35,084 bases of DNA from positions 1 through 35,084 of the forward strand of contig JAYEMF010000067.1 in NCBI GenBank assembly GCA_034717975.1. Direction: 5' to 3'. Under the pieces are notes generated by a model, which saw nothing but the letters and a program-made list of their open reading frames with translations, was not told the origin of the DNA and ran no database searches. A program made the position numbers and the translations under genes. This DNA is from Campylobacterota bacterium (GTDB lineage Bacteria > Campylobacterota > Campylobacteria > Campylobacterales > Sulfurimonadaceae). Below are positions 1 to 9,604 of this stretch, one piece after another. Numbering within the stretch: position 1 is the first letter of the stretch; each line of letters opens with the position of its first letter.

Positions 1-8
1 GTTTTTAT

Positions 9-14
9 TGTCAA
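9..14 (-). promoter_or_regulatory. Putative sigma70 -35 hexamer (TTGACA) of a promoter reading out of the window
   Basis: + strand TGTCAA at 9-14 is TTGACA on the minus strand, with A/T tracts upstream (15-66). The -10 would lie outside the window. Confidence 0.35.
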
Positions 15-66
15 GGGTTTGTGGAAAGAATTTTGAAAGTTTTTCGAATTTGTTAAATCACTACTC

Positions 67-690
67 TTAATTGTACGTAATATAGGAGTATCCGGTCTCT
101 GCAGTTACCGTTATCGTGGCACTATTTCCACTGCCGTCTGTAAAGGTATAGTTGCAGTCATTGTTCATTTTGTTAGCTACATGGGAGGATGTATTAAAAG
201 CAGTATAGGGCCTGCCGATATGATCAAAGATGATTCTTTTTGTACAGGTTGATGTCATACTGACAATATTGTATTTTTTACCCAGCATGACATCATTATA
301 CCAACCATCATGATCAGTACAGGTATTATTGTATATCAGAGTATTGGTCAATGGATCTCGGGCAGCCTCTTGACTAGTGTATCTTCCTATATTGAGCCCA
401 TTTACAGTATTTGTCAAATCAGCATCGGATCCAACACTATAATAGGCACCGCACGTACTGCTATTGACAAAATCTATGTGCCATCGTGCTATATACCATT
501 TTGACTCTTTGTGATTATATACATTATCTGTCATTGCCAAATGTTGGGTGTATTTGATATGAGACAGAACTTGTTCGCCCATTTCGTAGATACTGTCTCG
601 ATCCATTCGCGGAATTATTGCTGCAGATAATATTCCGATTACCACTATAACAAATACTAACTCCAGCATTGTAAATGCCAATCTTTTCAT
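67..690 (-). CDS. Prepilin-type N-terminal cleavage/methylation protein (type IV pilin / T2SS pseudopilin-like), copy 1
   Basis: Class III signal peptide MKRLA|FTMLELVFVIVVIGIL with F1, E5 and a hydrophobic helix. ATG at 690 chosen; the ORF track extends to GTG at 699. Confidence 0.85.
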   Translation of the reverse strand: MKRLAFTMLELVFVIVVIGILSAAIIPRMDRDSIYEMGEQVLSHIKYTQHLAMTDNVYNHKESKWYIARWHIDFVNSSTCGAYYSVGSDADLTNTVNGLNIGRYTSQEAARDPLTNTLIYNNTCTDHDGWYNDVMLGKKYNIVSMTSTCTKRIIFDHIGRPYTAFNTSSHVANKMNNDCNYTFTDGSGNSATITVTAETGYSYITYN

Positions 691-804
691 CCAGATCACT
701 TTATAACTTTTTTGTGATATTAGCAGAACAGAAAGATTATGTCAAATAATTGTGATAAAAATAAAAAAAGAGGGAATTAAGATGTTCTAGGGACTAAAAT
801 ATTA

Positions 805-1356
805 TCACCACTCTATATAAGAATAACCAGTTTCCTGAATGACAATAATATTAGCTGTCTCTCCACTGGCAGTAATTGTAATATTCAAATCATTTGCTAA
901 GATATTAGATACACTACCACCAACCCCGCTATGTGGTCGACCCAAATGGTCAAACACAAGAGTAAAAGGATCAGCAGCTGCAGTACCAGTTGGATAATCT
1001 AGGTCAATAGTAGCACTATATTTATTATCTAAATCATAATCATCTGTTCCATCTATCTCTTGTTTAGTTAATGGATCAAGTGCATAAGAAGTACCAGTTC
1101 CTTTAGAGATACTATATGTCTCATTTCCTGCATCAAATGTAATAAGCCAACGATTTTGAAACCAATTTGCATCAGTATCATCATAAACATTATCTGTCAT
1201 TGCCAAATGCTGTGTATACTTGATGTGCGAAAGCAACTGTTCACTTGCCTCATACACAGTATCTCTGTCCATTCGAGGAATGATTGCGGCTGCTAAAATC
1301 CCGATTACAACAATGACAAAGACGAGTTCAAGCATAGTAAAAGCAGATTTTTTCAA
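805..1356 (-). CDS. Prepilin-type N-terminal cleavage/methylation protein, copy 2 (paralogue of 67..690)
   Basis: MKKSA|FTMLELVFVIVVIGIL; TTG start with AAGG upstream; N-terminal ~58 aa nearly identical to copy 1. Confidence 0.85.
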   Translation of the reverse strand: MKKSAFTMLELVFVIVVIGILAAAIIPRMDRDTVYEASEQLLSHIKYTQHLAMTDNVYDDTDANWFQNRWLITFDAGNETYSISKGTGTSYALDPLTKQEIDGTDDYDLDNKYSATIDLDYPTGTAAADPFTLVFDHLGRPHSGVGGSVSNILANDLNITITASGETANIIVIQETGYSYIEW

Positions 1357-1392
1357 AATTAATACCTTGGTTAAATAAATCTAGTATTTACC

Positions 1393-1401
1393 ATTATATC
1401 A
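1393..1401 (-). promoter_or_regulatory. Extended -10 promoter element (TGaTATAAT) for the prepilin gene at 805..1356
   Basis: Perfect TGnTATAAT on the minus strand ~37 bp upstream of the start codon. Confidence 0.55.
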
Positions 1402-1483
1402 CAAGAAACAAAAAGAGTTAAAAAAGGGAAAAGAAAAGGAAGGTGAATACTCAAAAGAATTGTTTGTCAACTGCAACCCAAGA

Positions 1484-1560
1484 GCGCAAAAAGCGCGAGG
1501 ACCTGCTGCCGAAGCAATTTAAGCGATAGCGTAGTCACAGGGGCTTTGCTCCTGTGACGT
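1484..1560. repeat. REP-like multi-hairpin intergenic element downstream of aclA
   Basis: GTAG at 1531-1534 leads into hairpin GTCACAGGGGC-TTT-GCTCCTGTGAC (1534-1558), with small hairpins GCGC-AAAAA-GCGC and TGCT-GCCGA-AGCA. GC-rich patch in an AT-rich spacer. Confidence 0.45.
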
Positions 1561-1573
1561 ATTAATAATATAC

Positions 1574-3376
1574 TTAAATCTCTTCTGCTTTTTGTACGTC
1601 GTAAAGAATATCGTCCATTGGGTGGCGATACATTGGCATTGCAAGACGTTTTTCATCAAGGATATGTCCGATGAAACCGATTGAACGACCGACGATGAAG
1701 AATGCGTTAAGTGTTCCAGATTCGATGAACTCATTGATCTCATCTTCCGGGTAACCCAATGCTCTCCACATATCTACCATCAAAATACCGATAGTACCAT
1801 CAACATTAAGGATCAGGTTCTCTTTTTTCGATGTTGTCAATGCTTCAACCGTTCTTGCATAGTCAAGAAGTGGTGTAGCCGGGAAATGCTCAGCTGCATA
1901 GTCCATTAAACCTTTGACACGAAGGTCAGGGTTTTTAAGTGACTTGATACGGTGACCGATTCCTGGGATTGGCACACCTTCGCCTTTCATATATTTCAGG
2001 AAGGCTTTTGGATCAAGGTTGTTGTCATCAGCATATTTGAAGTACTGAGCGGCACCATCGATTGCGCCACCGAAACGTGGACCAATAGTCAGAAGACCAG
2101 TAACCAGTGACTCGACAACAGATTTACCGGCACGAGCTGTTACTTTTGCATTGTGAGCACCAGATACTGCCGGACCGTGGTCTGCAACAGTTTTCATTAC
2201 TGTCTCAATAAAGTCTGTAGCCCATTTCGGATACTGTTTTTTGAACCATAACAGTGATACAACATCACCAATACCTTTGCCCGTATCTGGAGTAGCCACT
2301 GAAGAGATAGGGAAACCGGCGTAAGTCGCTTCATCACCACGGTCGTCAGAGATCGTACAGATGAACTGCTTGCTTCTTCTGACTTTAGGGCATACATTCA
2401 TATCCGGTTCTGCAATAGCAGGAATATTTAAAGATTCGAAAACCTCTTTGATTTTTGCCGGAAGATCATTGAATGTCGCCGGTACATGAATACCTGCTTC
2501 AGCCATTGCTCTGTTTTTATACTCAGCAGTCTCAGACTCAGCATTTGCGGAAGCACCTGCATGACCGAACTGAACACCAGAGTCATAATACTTGGCAATC
2601 GTACCGATACACCAAGCGATAATTGGCTTAGTCAACTTACCTTCTTTAATGGCTTCGATGACTTTGTACTCTTCAGTACCGCCAACTTCACCAAGAAGAA
2701 TCATATATTTAACTTCTGGGTTTTTTTCCATTCTAAGTAAGTTATCAATGAAAACAGAACCAACGAAACGGTCACCACCAATAGCAACACCCTCAGCAAT
2801 ACCATCAGCATTGATAGAGATAATGTTAGAAAGTTCGTTGAACAGACCACCTGAACGTGTTACAAGTCCACAAGAACCTGCACGGTGAAGTTTCGATTGA
2901 ACGATATTTTCAATAGTTCCACCAATATTTGCTACTTTAAATGCACCTGGAGTGATTGCACCAACCGTTGCCGGTCCAATAACTGTTACATTTTTCTCAC
3001 GTGCAGTTTGGTTCATACCACGAGCAAGTCTTTCAGGGATTCCCTCAGCAGTAATCATCATTGATGAGAAACCACCAATTTCCAATGCTTCCATTGTTAC
3101 ATCATAAGCTGTACGGAATGATGCAAAGTTTAAAAGCACATCAGCTTGAGGCTGAGCTGCTTTTGCATCAGCAGTTGTTTTATAAAGGGGTACCATGATC
3201 TCATCTGGACCGTAAAAGAATTTCTCAAACTTATTATTGCTTGTAGGTGCAACGATTGCAGCTACTGAAGGAGTTTCTCTTTTGATTGTATAGTCATAGT
3301 CAAACATTCTTTGGATAGCAGTCTTGTTGTTATTCCAAAAAATGGCTTGGGTGTCTTTTGTATATAATTGTTGCAT
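1574..3376 (-). CDS. aclA: ATP citrate lyase alpha (large) subunit
   Basis: 600 aa; SCS-alpha-like region (GPATVG, RSGGL, GEVGG, phospho-His motif FGHAGA) fused to a citrate-synthase-like C-terminus (DHGPAVSGAH, PGIGHR, LNVDG). Confidence 0.95.
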   Translation of the reverse strand: MQQLYTKDTQAIFWNNNKTAIQRMFDYDYTIKRETPSVAAIVAPTSNNKFEKFFYGPDEIMVPLYKTTADAKAAQPQADVLLNFASFRTAYDVTMEALEIGGFSSMMITAEGIPERLARGMNQTAREKNVTVIGPATVGAITPGAFKVANIGGTIENIVQSKLHRAGSCGLVTRSGGLFNELSNIISINADGIAEGVAIGGDRFVGSVFIDNLLRMEKNPEVKYMILLGEVGGTEEYKVIEAIKEGKLTKPIIAWCIGTIAKYYDSGVQFGHAGASANAESETAEYKNRAMAEAGIHVPATFNDLPAKIKEVFESLNIPAIAEPDMNVCPKVRRSKQFICTISDDRGDEATYAGFPISSVATPDTGKGIGDVVSLLWFKKQYPKWATDFIETVMKTVADHGPAVSGAHNAKVTARAGKSVVESLVTGLLTIGPRFGGAIDGAAQYFKYADDNNLDPKAFLKYMKGEGVPIPGIGHRIKSLKNPDLRVKGLMDYAAEHFPATPLLDYARTVEALTTSKKENLILNVDGTIGILMVDMWRALGYPEDEINEFIESGTLNAFFIVGRSIGFIGHILDEKRLAMPMYRHPMDDILYDVQKAEEI

Positions 3377-3385
3377 TCTTTCTCC

Positions 3386-4723
3386 TTACTTCTCTAGTGC
3401 CATACGCACGATATCGGTTACGTGTGTCTCTGGTCCATAAACTTCGATATAAAGTCCAAGTCTGTCAGCAGCTTCTTTGATGTCTTTTAAACCTTTTTCG
3501 TAGTTTGGTCCACCACGTCTAACATAGATCTTAAGGTCAACAGCTTTCATTTTATCAGCGTATACTTCAAAGGCCTGAATGATACCTGTAAAAGTTTTTG
3601 CAACATCTGTAAAGTTAGCGATAGCTCCACCGATGATCATAACTTTACCACGACCCTGAGGATCTGGTTCTCTTGTCATGAGGTCAAGCAGTGTTTCAGC
3701 GTAGAATTTCGTCTCTCCTGTAGTTGGACCACCGGAGTACTCACCATAGTTAGCAAGATCATCAATACCAGCCATGTCAGCAATAGTATCAGCATAAACA
3801 ACTGAAGCACCACCACCTGCTACCATTGTCCAGATTCTGGCTTCTGGTTTAAGTAGAGTAAGTTTAAGTGAAGCACCTGTTTTAGCATCGGCTTCTTCAA
3901 TAGCTTCGACTTCCGGAGATTTTGCTTCCATCCCAAATGCAGTAGGATACTCAACATCACCCCACTCGTCTACCATCAAGAATCCGGCAGTATCGTCAAG
4001 CTTTGCAACCATATCGAGTAGTTCGATTTTGTTACCTTGCATAACAAACGGATTGATCTCAAGGTATGCGAAGTTTAATTCACGGTAAGCTTTAAAGAAA
4101 CCGATACAAAATTCTGCAAATTGAGCTTTATCTTTTTCAGCTACGTCAGCAGGGACATTTGCTCTGATTTTTTCAGCGATCTCATCTTCAGTTGCAGTAA
4201 TAGGGAATGCTACTTCAGTAACTTTTTCATCCCAACCCTCTTCAACTTCCATTCCACCTTCTGCAGACATGTAAATAACATCATCATCACCAACACAAGT
4301 TGCTGATACATAATACTCTTCAGCTTGTTCGTGTGGTGTAAATGGCTCAACAACAAAGTGAGTTAACTTATCTACACTTGGCTCACCAGTAGGAGTATCA
4401 CCATCAAATGAAAAATAAACTGATTGCTCAGTAGAAGATTTATCATCGATCCATGAAGCCGCTTTAGCCAAAGAGACATCACCTGGTTTAGCATCTCTAA
4501 AAAGTACCAAATCATTTTTACCACGTTTACCAAACAGCATGTCCGGTTTAGCAACTAATGTCTTTTCATTCAACCATGTTTTAGTTTTTGCAGCCTCAGT
4601 CAGTTCTGATCCGTTTTGAACCATAACTGTTTCATATGCATATGTAAAATCTGGAAAATACTTATCCCAATGCTTTGCCAAAATTGACTTTGCGTCAAAT
4701 TCTCTAATCGCTTTTTGAGCCAT
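3386..4723 (-). CDS. aclB: ATP citrate lyase beta (small) subunit
   Basis: 445 aa; MAQKAIREFDAK start, KPDMLFGKRGK ATP-grasp, VAGGGASV, NYGEYSG, GGAIANFT and RRGGPNY motifs; adjacent to aclA. Confidence 0.95.
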   Translation of the reverse strand: MAQKAIREFDAKSILAKHWDKYFPDFTYAYETVMVQNGSELTEAAKTKTWLNEKTLVAKPDMLFGKRGKNDLVLFRDAKPGDVSLAKAASWIDDKSSTEQSVYFSFDGDTPTGEPSVDKLTHFVVEPFTPHEQAEEYYVSATCVGDDDVIYMSAEGGMEVEEGWDEKVTEVAFPITATEDEIAEKIRANVPADVAEKDKAQFAEFCIGFFKAYRELNFAYLEINPFVMQGNKIELLDMVAKLDDTAGFLMVDEWGDVEYPTAFGMEAKSPEVEAIEEADAKTGASLKLTLLKPEARIWTMVAGGGASVVYADTIADMAGIDDLANYGEYSGGPTTGETKFYAETLLDLMTREPDPQGRGKVMIIGGAIANFTDVAKTFTGIIQAFEVYADKMKAVDLKIYVRRGGPNYEKGLKDIKEAADRLGLYIEVYGPETHVTDIVRMALEK

Positions 4724-4752
4724 TGCAACTCCTTCTGAAATGTTTGAACGTC

Positions 4753-4761
4753 ATTTTACCA
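4753..4761 (-). promoter_or_regulatory. Extended -10 element (TGgTAAAAT) for aclBA
   Basis: TGnTAAAAT 30 bp upstream of the aclB ATG, followed by an AAGGAG ribosome-binding site. Confidence 0.5.
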
Positions 4762-4812
4762 TGGATAATCTATATGATATCTTCAGGTAATATCTATGTG
4801 ATGATGAAATAG

Positions 4813-5997
4813 CTAAATGTGTGTTTTTGAAACATATATTTGGTATACAGGAACATCCTTGTAACGCACAGTAACATCTATGGCTTCACCATTTCGATGG
4901 TGTGTAAATCGGTTCATTTCACAGGTTTCAATGCCATAAAACTGCAAGCGAAGCTGCATTGCGTTGTTACCTGTATCTACACATGTGATATCAGAGCGAT
5001 ATAGTTCTTCAGCCAGCTCTTTAGCGATATGCTGGCGATAGGCAAAGTGCTTGGAAGGTCTCTCTATCACCCGGTAGAGCTCTTTGTGAAACAGTAGGAC
5101 CAGGGTATTTGCCAAAAGCAGGATAAATGAGATGGTAAAGAGCACTCTGTAGTTTTTACGAAAAGGTCTGAGTCTGACCCGGTATGAGTGAAAAAAATTC
5201 TGTGCAGCCAGAGGTAGTGCCAGTATGAGATAAGGGGCAAACACCTGAATCTCCATCTCCTGACGGAAAGAGAGTAGAAGTGAGCTGATCAAGGCTGTCG
5301 TCGACAGGTACCAGACAACTTCCTGCTGATGAGCGACAAAACGTCGATAGAGTACAAAAAAGAGATAGATAAAGACAATCGGAGAGAATATTGCGGCATA
5401 AAGACCCAATGTATCAAGAAAATGTCCTTGTGGTGCACCATGCGGCAGATAGTTATGAAAGTAGAGTGATACACTAAAGAGCAGCAGTGATATAACCAAC
5501 AATTGACTGTTTTTCTCTCGAAGGGCATAAAAGAAAAGTCCCAGATATAAGATTGCAAAGGATACATCTATCCAGAATACTGCGATTAAAAAGAGATATT
5601 GTACCCATTCTGAACGTTGCAGCAGTGTTACATAAAATAGAAGCAACATAATCACAAGCCCACTGTTATCCAACAAGAGTGCTGCACTGTTTACACCCGG
5701 TATCAGCATAAAAACAGCCAGTAACCAAAGCCTGTCATGCTCTCTTTTCAGGTAACGGCCGGAGATTTTATATAGCAACAGGGCAGATATAAGATGAACA
5801 ATCACCATAGGCAGTCGTAAAGCAAAATCATTCTGACCAAAAAGGTTTATCGAAGTGGTAATGATCAGGTTTAATAAGGAGGAAGAGTGATAGAGGAAAT
5901 CAGCTTCCCGGTAGCTGATAGAGAAGAGCGTCGTCTCATAAAAAAGCATGATGGCATCGATCCCAAACAGCAGGAAAAGAATGCTTCGGGTCATCAT
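4813..5997 (-). CDS. Polytopic membrane protein, ArnT/PMT-like glycosyltransferase (GT39-like)
   Basis: Many hydrophobic segments; 'FGQNDFALRLP' resembles the FGxxexxxRLP loop of ArnT/PMT-family enzymes. Start at 5997 or 5994. Confidence 0.65.
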   Translation of the reverse strand: MMTRSILFLLFGIDAIMLFYETTLFSISYREADFLYHSSSLLNLIITTSINLFGQNDFALRLPMVIVHLISALLLYKISGRYLKREHDRLWLLAVFMLIPGVNSAALLLDNSGLVIMLLLFYVTLLQRSEWVQYLFLIAVFWIDVSFAILYLGLFFYALREKNSQLLVISLLLFSVSLYFHNYLPHGAPQGHFLDTLGLYAAIFSPIVFIYLFFVLYRRFVAHQQEVVWYLSTTALISSLLLSFRQEMEIQVFAPYLILALPLAAQNFFHSYRVRLRPFRKNYRVLFTISFILLLANTLVLLFHKELYRVIERPSKHFAYRQHIAKELAEELYRSDITCVDTGNNAMQLRLQFYGIETCEMNRFTHHRNGEAIDVTVRYKDVPVYQIYVSKTHI

Positions 5998-6563
5998 AGT
6001 TTTAGAAAATTATCCAATATTTCATAGCCGAATTCACTCATGATGGACTCCGGATGAAACTGCACTCCAAAGATCGGTTTGTCCTTGATCTGCAGTGCCA
6101 TGATTTCACGGTCGTCTTCACTGTAGGCGGTCGGAACAATGCTCTGCGGAAGGGAGTCCTGTTCTACGATCAGCGAGTGATAACGTGTTGCCGTAAAGAT
6201 CTCCGGCATCTTGTTGAAAATCGCACATTCACCCAGACGCTCCATCTGTGATGTCTTGCCATGCATCATATTCTTGGCACGCACTACTTTCCCGCCGAAA
6301 ACCTGGGCAATACTTTGATGCCCCAGACAGATTCCAAGAATCGGTACCTGATTTTGAAAACGTTCGATCACGTCAAGAGAGACACCTGCATCATCCGGTG
6401 TGGCCGGGCCGGGTGAGATGATGATCTTTTCAGGCTTAAGTGCCTTGATCTCCTCTATACTCATCTCATCATTGCGGATGACTTTAAGATCGGCACCAAG
6501 TTCCAGACAATACTGCACAATATTGTAGGTGAAACTATCATAGTTGTCGATCATTAAAACCAT
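5994..6563 (-). CDS. pabA: Glutamine amidotransferase of aminodeoxychorismate/anthranilate synthase (PabA/TrpG)
   Basis: IDNYDSFTYN, SPGP, GICLGHQ (catalytic Cys), RYHSL and QFHPES motifs. Confidence 0.9.
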   Translation of the reverse strand: MVLMIDNYDSFTYNIVQYCLELGADLKVIRNDEMSIEEIKALKPEKIIISPGPATPDDAGVSLDVIERFQNQVPILGICLGHQSIAQVFGGKVVRAKNMMHGKTSQMERLGECAIFNKMPEIFTATRYHSLIVEQDSLPQSIVPTAYSEDDREIMALQIKDKPIFGVQFHPESIMSEFGYEILDNFLKL

Positions 6564-6632
6564 ATGGACGATCCTCGGTTGTTTTTAGTAACAGGATTAT
6601 AACGAAGCAAAACTAAAAAGTGTGTTCAACTA

Positions 6633-8129
6633 TTATTGCGCCGGATTGAGTGAAGCTATTGCCAGTTGTGCTATATCGATAAACCCATCTACACCAGGAA
6701 TAAACGGAATCAGTCCCGTTCCTATACCGCCCCAAATAATGAGCAGAGCCATCAAAGCGATGAGACTGATACTCAGGTCAAAAGAAAATTTCTTTTCTGC
6801 TTGAGTTGAAGGATAAAAGTACATCATTGCAATCAGTTTAAAGTAATAGTAGACCGAAATAAAAGCAGTAATTATCCCCAGGCCGGCAAGCAGTATCTGG
6901 CCCGACTCAATAGCCGCCGTGAAGATATAAAATTTTCCGAGAAAACCGATCGTTGAAGGAAAACCTGAGAGTGACAGCATAAAGACTGCCATCATCAGCG
7001 CAAGATAGGGACGCCGTTGTGCAAAGCCTTTAAAATCTTCATAGGTCATCTGTTTTTTACTTTCAGAAGCGATAAAACTCAAAATCCCGAAAGCACCTGC
7101 CGCACTTAAAAAGTAGGCGATCAGGTAAAACATGATCGCCGGTGCAGCCATTTCTGAGCCAAGACCTATCGATGCGATGGCAATAAGCATATAGCCACTA
7201 TGAACTATGCTCGATCCCGCGAGCATTCGCTTAACCTTTGACTGTGTAATCGCCAGCCATGATCCGCCGAGCAGTGTCAAAATCGTAAGAACCTGAAGCA
7301 TCTCGGTCCAGACTGCACTCACCGCGGCAAAGTCGATAAGGTAGAGTCGCAATGCGATGGCAAAGAGTGCGATTTTAAAGGTTGAGGCCATAAACATCGT
7401 AACCGGGTACGGTGCGCCATGATAGACATCAACGACCCAGGAGTGAAAGGGGACGGCACCGATCTTGAACATGATCGTCACCATAATAAAAGTACCGCCT
7501 ACAGTGATCAGTGTCAGATCCTGATCACCGGTTGCTCTGATATGCGCAGCAATATCACCCATATTTGTTGAGCCGACTGCCCCATAGATCAGTGCTGTTC
7601 CCAAAATAAAAAATGCCCCGGTCATCGATCCGAGGATCAGGTACTTCATCATCGCTTCGGAGCTGATCTTGTTGTTTTTGTGGTATCCCACCAGTGCATA
7701 GACACTGAGTGATGCAATCTCCAGGGCGATAAATGCCGTAACCAGTTCATTGGCATGGGCCAGTGTCATCATCCCAAAAACACTAAAAAGGATCAAAGCA
7801 AAATATTCGCCATTGTAGTAGTTTCGACTTTTGAAGTAGTCGGTATTGATCAGCAGGGTCAGCATCGCCCCTGCTGTAAACATCAGATCAAAAAGGGTTG
7901 AAAAATCATCGATGACATACATGGAACCGAAAATATCAGGGAAACTGTAGACTACATTCCCACTACCAAAGTTTGGCAGTTCAAGTACAAAAGAGAGTCC
8001 CAGGAAAAAGACAGCGACGAGATTCAGTTTATTCAAGTCAAATGCGCGGTTTCGGCTAAGCAGCATCAGGACAAAGGCACCAATAACAATAATTGCCATA
8101 GGCAAAATCTGTATAATTTCATGGATCAT
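6633..8129 (-). CDS. nuoN: NADH-quinone oxidoreductase subunit N
   Basis: Antiporter-like subunit; LEIASL, EAMMKY, FKIGAVPFHSW motifs; last gene of the operon; ATGA overlap with nuoM. Confidence 0.92.
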   Translation of the reverse strand: MIHEIIQILPMAIIVIGAFVLMLLSRNRAFDLNKLNLVAVFFLGLSFVLELPNFGSGNVVYSFPDIFGSMYVIDDFSTLFDLMFTAGAMLTLLINTDYFKSRNYYNGEYFALILFSVFGMMTLAHANELVTAFIALEIASLSVYALVGYHKNNKISSEAMMKYLILGSMTGAFFILGTALIYGAVGSTNMGDIAAHIRATGDQDLTLITVGGTFIMVTIMFKIGAVPFHSWVVDVYHGAPYPVTMFMASTFKIALFAIALRLYLIDFAAVSAVWTEMLQVLTILTLLGGSWLAITQSKVKRMLAGSSIVHSGYMLIAIASIGLGSEMAAPAIMFYLIAYFLSAAGAFGILSFIASESKKQMTYEDFKGFAQRRPYLALMMAVFMLSLSGFPSTIGFLGKFYIFTAAIESGQILLAGLGIITAFISVYYYFKLIAMMYFYPSTQAEKKFSFDLSISLIALMALLIIWGGIGTGLIPFIPGVDGFIDIAQLAIASLNPAQ

Positions 8130-9604
8130 TGCATACCTCCTATAGTACGCATCACCTCTGCCAATGTACTGTTGATCTGCGGTTCAAATAAAGGCATAAA
8201 CAGTGAAGGTGCAATCCCGGTAAGCAGAAGTAATACAAGGATCGGTGCAAGCATTAACATCTCCCGTAAATCCAGATCTTTAAAGGATGCAGTACAGCTG
8301 CCTGGCTGACCAAATATGGTACGCTGCAGCATCCAGAAGATATAGAGCATAGCAGATAGCATCGTGGTAGCTGTCAATGCACCGATCCAGATATTTGCCT
8401 TGAATGCACCGATGATGATCAGAAGTTCGGCAACAAACCCGCCTGTTCCCGGAAGCCCGGCGATACTGAGTGAGAAAAAGACAAAGAAAAAAGCAAAACG
8501 GGGCGCGGAGGAGGCGATGCCGCCAAGATTGTCAATGGTAACGGATCCGGCACGTTTATAGAGCAGACCGATCATTAAAAAGATACCGGCCGATGCCAAA
8601 GCATGGGTCGCAATAAAATAGAGACTTCCGCCCCAGGCATAACTGTTGGTCAAAAAGATCCCCAGTGCAATGAGGGAGAGGTGTGAACCAGACGAGTAGG
8701 CAAACATGCGGCGAAGATTCTGCTCATTGATGGCATGAATCGCATAATAGAGCATGCCGACAATAGCCAGAAGCATAATATAGGGAGCATAATAGGTCAG
8801 TGTCGTTTCGAACAGGCCGTACCCAAATCGCCAGATACCATAAACACCAAGTTTGGCCATGATCGCCGACATAATCACAACTGCCGGAGTTGGTGAAGAG
8901 CCATAAGCCGGAGCCATCCAGGTGTGAAATCCAAGCAGAGGGATCTTTATGGCGAATGCGAGCAGGAAGCCTGCCGCCAGCCAGATCGATGTTTTCGCAT
9001 CAAAACTCAGCGAGGCCAAATCATCCAGGGCAAAGCTCCAGCTTCCTGTCGTCTCAAAAAATGTGTAGCCGAGATAGAGAATAGAGAAGAGCATACTCAT
9101 CGATCCGAGAATGGTCATCAAGACGATCTTCATCGCGTTGTACTGATGTTCGCCATTGCCATAACGCCCGATCATTACAAAAATCGGCAGGAGCATCGTC
9201 TCCCAGAAGAGATAGAAGAGGATCATATCCAGTGAAAGTACGGCACCGGTAACACCCGTTTGAAGCAGCAGCATATTGTACCAATACCCTTTGCGCTCCT
9301 CTTTCCACATGTACATATATAAAATAGGCATCAACAGTGAAATCAGAGCCAGCAATACAAGCGAGAGGGCATCAACACCTACATAGTAGGTAATACCTGA
9401 GTTTTGAATCCAGGGCAGGACCCGAACAAACTGCATCTTGCCCGCCGGATCAAAATTGGCTATCACCACAGCAACAAGGAGCAAAACAGTCAGTGAAGTC
9501 AGCGCTGCACCCAGACGAAGCCAATAGAGCGGCACACGCAAAAGACCCAAGAGCAGCACAGCAAAGAGCGGCAAAAAGATGATGTCAGAGAGGATCTGTT
9601 CCAT
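8126..9604 (-). CDS. nuoM: NADH-quinone oxidoreductase subunit M
   Basis: FYLFWE, FAIKIP..FHTW, AKLGVYG, GLPGTGGFVAE motifs. Confidence 0.93.
   Translation of the reverse strand: MEQILSDIIFLPLFAVLLLGLLRVPLYWLRLGAALTSLTVLLLVAVVIANFDPAGKMQFVRVLPWIQNSGITYYVGVDALSLVLLALISLLMPILYMYMWKEERKGYWYNMLLLQTGVTGAVLSLDMILFYLFWETMLLPIFVMIGRYGNGEHQYNAMKIVLMTILGSMSMLFSILYLGYTFFETTGSWSFALDDLASLSFDAKTSIWLAAGFLLAFAIKIPLLGFHTWMAPAYGSSPTPAVVIMSAIMAKLGVYGIWRFGYGLFETTLTYYAPYIMLLAIVGMLYYAIHAINEQNLRRMFAYSSGSHLSLIALGIFLTNSYAWGGSLYFIATHALASAGIFLMIGLLYKRAGSVTIDNLGGIASSAPRFAFFFVFFSLSIAGLPGTGGFVAELLIIIGAFKANIWIGALTATTMLSAMLYIFWMLQRTIFGQPGSCTASFKDLDLREMLMLAPILVLLLLTGIAPSLFMPLFEPQINSTLAEVMRTIGGMQ

Noticed and set aside
1519..1743. 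74-aa minus-strand ORF overlapping the aclA end
   Set aside because: Out-of-frame overlap with aclA running into the hairpin element; no RBS or motif support.
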